From a bacterium (GTDB lineage: Bacteria; Armatimonadota; Chthonomonadetes; Chthonomonadales; CAJBBX01), in NCBI GenBank assembly GCA_021811565.1, contig JAJZOL010000238.1, forward strand, positions 5,257-69,256: a stretch of 64,000 bases of DNA, given 5' to 3'. The notes beneath the pieces were generated by a model. It was not told where the DNA came from. It saw only the letters and a program-made list of their open reading frames with translations, and made no database searches. How positions within the stretch are numbered: position 1 is the stretch's first letter; the number at the start of each line of letters is the position of its first letter. Of this stretch, positions 48,414 through 56,240 are shown in pieces. A program made the position numbers and the translations under genes.

Positions 48414-49877
48414 ATGTCTCTTCTCGACATCAACACCAATGTGACTGCGGAAACCGCGCTCCGCTATTTGCAGCAGAACACGAACAGTCTGTCGACGTCC
48501 ATTCAAAGGCTCTCATCGGGCTTGAGAATCAACAGCGCCTCGGATGATCCGGCGGGATTGATCATATCAACCAATCTCACGGCTCAGATCAACGGGATGA
48601 ACCAGGCGATATCCAATGCGCAGGACGCCAATAACGTGATCCAAACTGCGGATGGAGGGCTTTCCGAAATCACGAATCTGTTACAGTCTATCAACCAATT
48701 GGCTGTAGCCGCCGCCAACACCGGCGCGAACGATTCAGCGTCAGTGCAGGCGGATCAGACTCAGATACAATCCGCGTTGCAGAGCATCAATCGAATCGTT
48801 GCGGATACCCAATACGGTTCAAGAAGGTTGCTTGATGGCAGTTCCGGAGTAAGCGCGGCGGTTACGGATACCACCGACCTGAGTGGGATATCCATCGGCG
48901 GCACGTTTGGATCGGGGACCACTCAGGCGGGAAATGTAACCCTGTCATTGACACAAGCCTCGACAAGGGCGATTGGCGCCGGAACGGCGACCTATGCAAG
49001 CACCAGTTCCTTGGTTTCGGCTGTCAACGGGGGAACCACTGGCACAGGCGGGACGATTGTCATAAACGGTCAATCCATCCAGATAAGCGCAAGCGACACG
49101 GTTCAAAACATGCTGGATAAGATCAACAATCTCACCTCCACGACCGGCGTCAGTGCGCAATTTGTGAGTGGAACAAGCGGTGGAACGATTGAACTAACTC
49201 AGACAAATTATGGATCTCAGTTTTCAATCAACTACGCTGAAAGCAGCACCATGCTCGGTACGGTGACTGTAACCGCAGGGGTGAATGCAGTCGCCACGGT
49301 GCAGATCGGTAGCGCGACAGAAACTTTCACAGGGGGACAGTCTAGTAATGCCAGCGGTTTGCAACTGACGGACGCGAATGGCAACAGCATTCTGTTAACC
49401 GAAGCGGGAAACAAGTTGGCGCTGAATGCCAATACGACTGTTGCAACGGTATCCGTAGGTTCGATGCAGTTTCAGATTGGCGCCAATTCCGGACAGTATG
49501 TGAACATGTCCATTGGTAACATGGCTACTTCGCAATTAGGCAACACGGTGATTGCAGGCAAGAACCTCAGCAACATAGACGTAACCACCGCACAGGGGGC
49601 GTCGGATGCCATCAGCATGGTGCAGCAGGCGCTCTCCCAAGTGTCCGTTATGCGGGCGCAATTGGGGGCTTTTCAGGATAACACCTTGAACAGCACCATC
49701 AACGCATTGGGAATTACGTCGGAGAACCTGTCGGCCTCGAACTCTTCCATCGCCGATACGAATGTGGCGCAGGAAGTGGTGAATATGACGAAATACAACA
49801 TTCTCGAGCAGGCTGGCATGTCTGTTTTGGCGCAAGCAAACCAAGCGCCTCAGCAGGTCTTGAAACTCTTGCAGTAA
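48414..49877 (+). CDS. fliC: Flagellin 2
   Basis: Paralogue of flagellin 1 with the same terminal flagellin motifs and a similar central domain. Confidence 0.97.
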   Translation: MSLLDINTNVTAETALRYLQQNTNSLSTSIQRLSSGLRINSASDDPAGLIISTNLTAQINGMNQAISNAQDANNVIQTADGGLSEITNLLQSINQLAVAAANTGANDSASVQADQTQIQSALQSINRIVADTQYGSRRLLDGSSGVSAAVTDTTDLSGISIGGTFGSGTTQAGNVTLSLTQASTRAIGAGTATYASTSSLVSAVNGGTTGTGGTIVINGQSIQISASDTVQNMLDKINNLTSTTGVSAQFVSGTSGGTIELTQTNYGSQFSINYAESSTMLGTVTVTAGVNAVATVQIGSATETFTGGQSSNASGLQLTDANGNSILLTEAGNKLALNANTTVATVSVGSMQFQIGANSGQYVNMSIGNMATSQLGNTVIAGKNLSNIDVTTAQGASDAISMVQQALSQVSVMRAQLGAFQDNTLNSTINALGITSENLSASNSSIADTNVAQEVVNMTKYNILEQAGMSVLAQANQAPQQVLKLLQ

Positions 49878-49958
49878 AGCGGGAATAGGTCACAGGGGTG
49901 AGCGTAAATACATCTCACCCCATCCTTTCTCCTTTACAAGGAGGGTGGGAGCAACATA

Positions 49959-52304
49959 ATGAGCACAAGCGGGATAACATTTACGGGATTGGGAAGTGGT
50001 ATAGACACCACCAGCATTGTCAATCAATTGATGGCAGTGCAAAGCTTGCCTTTGAAGAACCTGCAGGCGGAACAAACGCAATTGCAGACGGAACAGGCCG
50101 CAGTACAGACGATATCTTCGGCGATGTCCAACTTTGAAACCGCTGCAAACGCTTTGGACGGACAAAGCAGTTTTAACGCTGTACAGGCTTCCAGTTCAAA
50201 CACTTCCGCTGTCTCCGTCACCGCTCAGAATGGGGCGCAGACGGGGAATCATTCGATTCAAGTGCTTCAACTGGCTCAAGCTGAGAGCATGGCGTCGGCG
50301 GCTCAATCCAGCGCATCCACCCCTTTGGGTGTTTCGGGGCAGTTAATCATTGACGGACATGCGGTGAATGTCTCATCCACCGATACCTTGCAATCTCTTG
50401 TGTCGAATATCAATTCAGCGAATGCTGGAGTTAGCGCGTCAATCATTTCAACAACGTCCAATAGTTACACGATGGTATTAACCAGTTCGAATTCCGGTAC
50501 GGTCAATGCGATATCCATATCGGATAATGTTGGTGGAGCGATAGTGCAAAACAAACTCGGGTTGGTAGGCTCCTCCACAACAAACAATACTTCCGGGAAT
50601 GCAGTGGTATCAAACCTTTTTACCGACAGCGCCACCTCTTTGGGAACCCTGATTGGCTTGACCTCTCCGCAATCTGGCACGGTTAGCATTAACGGGACAG
50701 GGGTGAGCATCGATTTATCCACGGATTCCCTCTCCACGATCGCTCAAAAGATAAACTCGGCGGGTATCTCCGGCGTTTCCGCGAATGTTGTCTCCGTGCA
50801 GAATCCAAACGGATCCGGAACCGAACAGCAACTTCAATTGACGGGAATCACATCTCTGACGGATTCCAATAACATCCTGGCTAATCTTGGGATTGTGCAG
50901 AATACTCCCACAAACTTATTGCAGAGCGCCCAGGATGCCAAGTTCACCTTGGATAATCTAAATATCACCAGAAGCAGCAATACGATATCCGACGCTCTCG
51001 CCAATGTCACCATCAATCTCCTTTCGGATAGCGGTCAGCCTACATCCAATGTCTCTATAACGTCCGACACCAGCACAATATCCGGGAATATCTCTAATTT
51101 TGTCACCGCATATAACAATCTCGTCACTGCGGTAAACGGTGTGGCATCCTATAATTCGTCCACGAAAGTTGCTGGTCCGTTATTTGGGAACTCGATAATT
51201 GAGAATATGATGAATTCGGTGTCCAATATCATTGTAGGTCAAGTGAATGGGCTTAGCGGAGCCAATTCCACATTGGCGCAAATCGGGATCACACTTGATC
51301 AGAGCGGCAATTTAAACGTAGATAGCTCAACGCTTAACAACGCATTGCAAAACAATCTCGGAGCCGTCGCGAAAATATTTCAAGCGGTTGGAACAAGCAC
51401 GGATAACACAATCAGTTACGTAAATTCCACCAGCAATACAAAGCCCAGCGGATCGGCGGGGTATCCCGTGAACATCACGCAAGTTGCCACGCAGGCCTCC
51501 GCTACGGCTGGAACCGCTCACACAAGCGATAATAATCCAAATACGGAAACTCTTACATTTTCAGGCAACATGTTCGGGAATGGCTACAATCTATTTCTGG
51601 CTCCAAACAGCACGCTGGATGGAATTATCTCTCAGATCAACGGAGATAAGACCTTATCCAACTACATCACCGCGCAAAATATCAATAATCAGTTGGTTCT
51701 AACCGCCAAACAGTATGGATCCAATTATGATTTCTCCGTGGTTTCCAATGAAGCAGCCGCTTCGAATAACAGCGGAATTGGAACAACGGCTCTGAATGCC
51801 CAGGGATTGAATGTTGCCGGAACGATCAACGGCGAGGCGGCGACCGGAAACGGCCAATTGCTGACAGGCAATTCAGGAAACGCCAACACGGACGGCTTGA
51901 CATTATTAGTGCAATCCACAACCACAGGCTCGCATGGACCAGTAATATTCAGCCAAGGTGTTGCGGATCAAATTAAAAATTTCGCCAACTCCGTTACTGA
52001 TTTCGTGAATGGAACCCTGACGCAATTTTCCAATTCATTGGGTTCCCAAATCAGTGATTTAAGTTCACAAATATCCGATATGCAGACGAACCTGAATGCG
52101 CAACAAGCGTTTTTGGAACAGGAGTTCACAAACATGGACACCGCCGTCGCCAATCTGAACGCTTCCGCAGCGAGTTTGGCAAGTTTGGCGGGGTTGAGTG
52201 GATCCTCCTCATCCTCCTCAAGTTCGGGATCAAGTGGATCGTCAAGCGGGACGAGTTCGTCATCATCCACCAATACGCCTTCTAGTACGTCAACCACGGG
52301 TTAA
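49959..52304 (+). CDS. fliD: Flagellar filament cap protein FliD
   Basis: GLGSGIDTTSIVNQLM, VLQLAQA, AQDAKFTLD, FVTAYN, LAQIGI, C-terminal QEFTNMD; extra Ser-rich tail. Confidence 0.93.
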   Translation: MSTSGITFTGLGSGIDTTSIVNQLMAVQSLPLKNLQAEQTQLQTEQAAVQTISSAMSNFETAANALDGQSSFNAVQASSSNTSAVSVTAQNGAQTGNHSIQVLQLAQAESMASAAQSSASTPLGVSGQLIIDGHAVNVSSTDTLQSLVSNINSANAGVSASIISTTSNSYTMVLTSSNSGTVNAISISDNVGGAIVQNKLGLVGSSTTNNTSGNAVVSNLFTDSATSLGTLIGLTSPQSGTVSINGTGVSIDLSTDSLSTIAQKINSAGISGVSANVVSVQNPNGSGTEQQLQLTGITSLTDSNNILANLGIVQNTPTNLLQSAQDAKFTLDNLNITRSSNTISDALANVTINLLSDSGQPTSNVSITSDTSTISGNISNFVTAYNNLVTAVNGVASYNSSTKVAGPLFGNSIIENMMNSVSNIIVGQVNGLSGANSTLAQIGITLDQSGNLNVDSSTLNNALQNNLGAVAKIFQAVGTSTDNTISYVNSTSNTKPSGSAGYPVNITQVATQASATAGTAHTSDNNPNTETLTFSGNMFGNGYNLFLAPNSTLDGIISQINGDKTLSNYITAQNINNQLVLTAKQYGSNYDFSVVSNEAAASNNSGIGTTALNAQGLNVAGTINGEAATGNGQLLTGNSGNANTDGLTLLVQSTTTGSHGPVIFSQGVADQIKNFANSVTDFVNGTLTQFSNSLGSQISDLSSQISDMQTNLNAQQAFLEQEFTNMDTAVANLNASAASLASLAGLSGSSSSSSSSGSSGSSSGTSSSSSTNTPSSTSTTG

Positions 52305-52332
52305 GATGAAATAAAGGTTAGGAATACATCAA

Positions 52333-52761
52333 ATGGGCTTATCAGCGTCATACAGAAATTATGCTCAGCAGTATCAACGCACTCAGGTGGAAACCGCCAG
52401 CCCTACTCAGTTAGTCGTCATGTTGTATGATGGTGCGATTCGTTTCCTGTATCGTGCGAAGGAACGTATGCTCGCCAAGGATATTGAAGGAAAGCACATC
52501 CATCTAATCAAGGCACAAAAGATAGTCATGGAGTTGATGTCCTCTCTGGATCGTAGCAGAGGCGGTGAAATCGCCGTTAACCTTCACAGAATCTATCAAT
52601 ACATGCTGGAGCAGTTAGTCGAAGCGAATCTCTATAACAAATCAAGTAACATCGACACAGTGCTCTCTATGCTGAAGGACCTGCGCGAGAGCTGGGCCGA
52701 GGTGGACAAGCAGCAACAAAAATCCAGAGAGGCTGATGCTCATGCAACCAAATTATACTGA
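52333..52761 (+). CDS. fliS: Flagellin export chaperone FliS
   Basis: TASPTQLVVMLYDGAIRFL, GGEIAVNL..IYQYM, LRESW. Confidence 0.97.
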   Translation: MGLSASYRNYAQQYQRTQVETASPTQLVVMLYDGAIRFLYRAKERMLAKDIEGKHIHLIKAQKIVMELMSSLDRSRGGEIAVNLHRIYQYMLEQLVEANLYNKSSNIDTVLSMLKDLRESWAEVDKQQQKSREADAHATKLY

Positions 52762-53092
52762 TCCCAAGAGGGCGTTAATACGTTTGCGTCAACTTGCGTC
52801 GGAGGAACGTTTGGCTGTTTTGCGAAATGACGATGCAATGGTATGCAGAATCGCATCCCTTCTGCCATCCGCAATTAATAGTCTGGAAGCTGATTACATT
52901 CGAAACGATCCTGCATTGCAAAGCGAAATCCATTCTCTAAGCCAATTGCAAACCGAGACCGTAACCTACCTCCGAAATAGAATGCAATCTATTGACGAAC
53001 AACTTAAATTGCGCCACCGCATGCTGCAAACATGCAAGGCTTACACAACGCCAAATAGAAGAAAGATAGCCAAGATAAACCGCATTGGATAG
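52736..53092 (+). CDS. Small helical protein, probable FliT-like chaperone
   Basis: Follows fliS with an overlap; about 116 aa, helical. Assignment rests on position only. Confidence 0.45.
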   Translation: MLMQPNYTDPKRALIRLRQLASEERLAVLRNDDAMVCRIASLLPSAINSLEADYIRNDPALQSEIHSLSQLQTETVTYLRNRMQSIDEQLKLRHRMLQTCKAYTTPNRRKIAKINRIG

Positions 53093-53115
53093 TATCCTCC
53101 GAAACACAATAGGGT

Positions 53116-54171
53116 TTACATCGCTCTCTGGATGGAGCATCCGAATGAATGCGTCTCCTTTGTAGTTATCGATTGTCCGCTGATCATCTCCCTAAGCGCA
53201 TTTTCCAAGTAAGATTTTTTGACTTTGGCAGTGTTCATATTATCGTCAATCGCCCCGTGGTACACCGCAATCCCGTGGGAGTTAATCACCCAAACCTCCG
53301 GCGTATGCGTCGCTCCGAAATGATCCGCTAACACATCACCAGTGTCCTTGTAGATTGGGAAGGGGAGGTGGTATTTGTTTTCATAGTTCGAAATGACTTT
53401 TTCCGTTTCATTCACGTTGGAGTCCAACCCCACAAAATGAACTCCCGTAAAAGAGGGTGAGTTGGCAAGTGCATCCAATCTGCCTAAGTACTCTTTGCAC
53501 ACGGGGCAACGCGTACCGAGAAACATGACTACTGCGCCTTTTTGTCCGGGATCGAACAGGCTTGTTTCTTTCCCGTTTGCATCAATTAAGGTGAAATTGG
53601 GGATCAGACCTCCTAATTTCGCTTTCCAATCGGAGAGTCTTAATGCAAGGTCTGCACTATGCCAAGTCATCAATTCTCCGCCGGATTGAGTGTATTCCGC
53701 ATTGACCGCCCAGTCAATGTCCTTTACGACGCCATTCTTGTCAATGATAACCGTTATCCTGTTCGCTCTGCCGTTGGAACCCAAGGCTCCGTATTCCTTC
53801 ACCATATGCTTGCCAGGGTCTGCAAGGATGGGAAAGGGGAGATGCAATTCCTTGGCGAATTGCTTATGAGATGCAACGGTATCCACACTCACCCCAAGAA
53901 TCACCACACCATTCGCGTGTAACTTATTTATGTTGTCTCGGAGGGATTTCATCTCGCATGTGCAACCCGGAGTCATATCCGCAGGATAAAAATTCAACAC
54001 CACAACATGTCCGGAATATTGTTTTAAACTGTGCATCACCCCGTTCTGATCGGGAAGAGTGAAGTCAGGAGCTTTTTGCCCAATCCTTAAGGCCAAAGCC
54101 CATGTCGGAAAAGCGAGCAGAAACACAAACATCATCCATGTGATATTATGCGTGCGTACCATGCGAACCAT
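53116..54171 (-). CDS. Exported two-domain redoxin: BCP-type peroxiredoxin plus a second AhpC/TSA thioredoxin-fold domain
   Basis: Signal peptide; APDFTL...FYPADMTPGCTCE; then PNFTL...CPVC...TPEVWV...Y.GAIDD...GCSI. Confidence 0.85.
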   Translation of the reverse strand: MVRMVRTHNITWMMFVFLLAFPTWALALRIGQKAPDFTLPDQNGVMHSLKQYSGHVVVLNFYPADMTPGCTCEMKSLRDNINKLHANGVVILGVSVDTVASHKQFAKELHLPFPILADPGKHMVKEYGALGSNGRANRITVIIDKNGVVKDIDWAVNAEYTQSGGELMTWHSADLALRLSDWKAKLGGLIPNFTLIDANGKETSLFDPGQKGAVVMFLGTRCPVCKEYLGRLDALANSPSFTGVHFVGLDSNVNETEKVISNYENKYHLPFPIYKDTGDVLADHFGATHTPEVWVINSHGIAVYHGAIDDNMNTAKVKKSYLENALREMISGQSITTKETHSFGCSIQRAM

Positions 54172-54293
54172 CTATCTCTCTCCTTAAAAATTATTCAAGC
54201 TAAATAAAGATACGTTTATTATGGGAACATGTTTCGCAATGATCAAACATTTCAGCTTTTCACAAGGTAAAATTTGTAAAAGAGCGAGGGATC

Positions 54294-55118
54294 ATGAATA
54301 TGAATGAGATTGGGGTAATAACCTGGAATGTGGTGGATATGCATAGGGAGCCTAACTCATCCTCGGAAAGGGTGAGCCAGGCGATTTTCGGGGAAACCGT
54401 CTCAATTCTTGATACGATGGATGACTACAAACAAATTGAAACGCCGGATGGTTACCGCGGCTGGACTATCATTCACGCTTTGCGTCCTCTGGATTCCGGA
54501 GAAACATATCCTAATCCGACGTTAGCCGCAATGGTTTCCGACCTTTTTCTTCCCGTTTTTTTCGCCCCATCTCACCGCGCCGAAAGGGTCTCCTTGTTGA
54601 CATTGGGAAGTGTCGTTGAGTTTGCAACAAACGAAACCACTGCGGATTATTATGCTATCAAGATGCCCAGTCTTCAATTCGGTTTTGTCTACGCTCATTC
54701 CTTGATCATCCCCGTATATCCATCGCATGAGGAATTCGGTCATCAAGTTGTGGTGATTGCAAAAGGGATGATCGGCGTGCCCTATCTATGGGGCGGTAGA
54801 AGTACATTTGGCATTGATTGCTCGGGATTCGTCCAAAAGGTCTATTACCTTTGCGGGATCATTTTGCCCAGGGACGCATGGCAACAGGAGATGTGGGAGG
54901 GTTTTGAACCTACGGATATCGAGAACCTGGGACAAGGGGATACCTTGTATTTTTCTTCTGATAAAACCCCTTCCCAAGAGCGAATCACTCATACGGGAAT
55001 ATCTTTGGGCGGGTCTCGTTTCATACACTCATGCGGAAGGGGCGGGGTGATGATCAGCGACCTTGACGAGGATTCTTATATGCAGAGATTGGTATCCGTC
55101 AGACGGTTGAAAAAATGA
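54294..55118 (+). CDS. SH3b + NlpC/P60 gamma-D-glutamyl endopeptidase (YkfC/dipeptidyl-peptidase VI-like)
   Basis: VSQAIFGE, DGYRGW, GVPYLWGG..FGIDCSGFVQ (catalytic Cys), ITHTGI (His), FIHS. Confidence 0.9.
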   Translation: MNMNEIGVITWNVVDMHREPNSSSERVSQAIFGETVSILDTMDDYKQIETPDGYRGWTIIHALRPLDSGETYPNPTLAAMVSDLFLPVFFAPSHRAERVSLLTLGSVVEFATNETTADYYAIKMPSLQFGFVYAHSLIIPVYPSHEEFGHQVVVIAKGMIGVPYLWGGRSTFGIDCSGFVQKVYYLCGIILPRDAWQQEMWEGFEPTDIENLGQGDTLYFSSDKTPSQERITHTGISLGGSRFIHSCGRGGVMISDLDEDSYMQRLVSVRRLKK

Positions 55119-55140
55119 GGCGTCAATGGTTGACGCCTTT
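55118..55140. terminator. Hairpin between convergent genes
   Basis: AGGCGTCAA-TGG-TTGACGCCT perfect 9-bp stem. Confidence 0.7.
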
Positions 55141-55143
55141 ATC

Positions 55144-55866
55144 CTAAGATTCTATTCGCTTTTTTTTCAAACTCCACCCGAAGGTGGTTAGCCCGATCAT
55201 GCAGGCTCCCATAAGGGCGAAAACACTCGGCTCCGGCACCGGGGGGCCGATCATGTTTTGTGCATGGTTTGTGGCGTTATTATACGTACCGCCCACCAAC
55301 CAAGTGGCGTCCGCTGTTTGGTAATTGCTGTTCGCCCATTGTGTCAGGTAAAAGTTAGCATCCGATGCGATCTGATCCGTTTTCAGGTATTGGAAATTCC
55401 CGGAGCTAAGATTTGTGCTTTCTCCGTCTGCAAGAACTTTCCAAATGGCTATTTGCAACCCTGCGGATTGATCGTATTTAGGATTGGCCGACGGTTGTAC
55501 AGAACCCATTAAATTGTTTACATACTGATCGTATAACCATGCCATCCCGCCGCCATTGGCGAGTCCGCTGATCGGTTGCATGGTCACGCAATAGGATGTG
55601 GGAACCGTGATATCGTCATTCAAATCCACGCAATACGTGTCAAAGGATGACGGATATCCTTTCGGCAATGCACTCGTCGGTGTTAGGGTTGCGGATAATG
55701 CCCCCGCATACACGTTATTGTAGGTATGGTTGTTGTAAACTAAACTTACTATGGACGTGTTTGATCCATACTTCAAATTCAACCCCATATTTAATGTGCA
55801 CGCCCAACTTGGGACGGAATATGCTGCAAGGCATGCAAACAGCAAAATGCTATTCAGTTTCTTCAT
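55144..55866 (-). CDS. PEP-CTERM (exosortase-target) surface protein with thioester-domain-like motifs
   Basis: Signal peptide; YC79VDL, LQIAIW (137-142), AQ203NMI; C-terminal VPEP, TM helix, KKKR. Confidence 0.88.
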   Translation of the reverse strand: MKKLNSILLFACLAAYSVPSWACTLNMGLNLKYGSNTSIVSLVYNNHTYNNVYAGALSATLTPTSALPKGYPSSFDTYCVDLNDDITVPTSYCVTMQPISGLANGGGMAWLYDQYVNNLMGSVQPSANPKYDQSAGLQIAIWKVLADGESTNLSSGNFQYLKTDQIASDANFYLTQWANSNYQTADATWLVGGTYNNATNHAQNMIGPPVPEPSVFALMGACMIGLTTFGWSLKKKRIES

Positions 55867-55921
55867 TATTATTCGCTCCTTCTTCGTGGTAACGGGTTCT
55901 GTGTTGCAGGATATCCTGCTA

Positions 55922-56020
55922 AATCCGCTTCGGCAGCTCGGCTGTCTCTGTATTGCGAACCGGTAAGATCCGTGGCTTTGCGTCGCCGATTTTCATCGGT
56001 TTTGCCCATTCGGCGGGAGC
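55922..56020 (-). ncRNA. Cyclic di-GMP-I (GEMM-I) riboswitch aptamer
   Basis: Minus strand reads CCGCCGAATGGGCAAAACCGAT-GAAA-ATCGGCGACGCAAAGCCACGGATCTTA...GAGACAGCCGAGCTGCCGAAGCGG. It has P1, P2 with a GAAA tetraloop, GACGCAAAG, and P3; the G20- and C92-equivalent bases are present. Confidence 0.93.
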
Positions 56021-56240
56021 TATCGCATGCGGCGCCTCCCTTTCGCCACTGCATTAGATTTATCGGATGAAAAAGAGGTAAGGCACACCCGTTGAAATGC
56101 TTGCTTTTCGGAATATCGTAAAAGGGAGGGTTGGCGGTATATTATTAGTAAGGCTATATTTGATCACTCGCGTGATCATCTCGCCCTCCCAAGGCGAAAG
56201 GAAATACAGATAATGAACGCCTCGGGAAAAGGATACAAAA

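Noticed and set aside
46732-49877. Flagellin phase variation by DNA inversion
   Set aside because: No invertase gene or inverted repeats flank the promoters; the genes are simply tandem with their own leaders.
53116-54171. Selenocysteine in the redoxin
   Set aside because: Both active-site motifs use ordinary Cys codons, and there is no in-frame TGA.
55922-56020. Riboswitch as a 3',3'-cGAMP (GEMM-Ib) variant
   Set aside because: The position-20 equivalent is G (…TGGGCAAAA) rather than A, and the nearby GGDEF keeps the Asp in GHQVGD, so it is not a Hypr enzyme.
56060-56090. sigma28 promoter for the PEP-CTERM gene (minus-strand TCCGATAA)
   Set aside because: The -10 matches 7/8, but the -35 position reads TGTG rather than TAAA; not supportable without TSS data.
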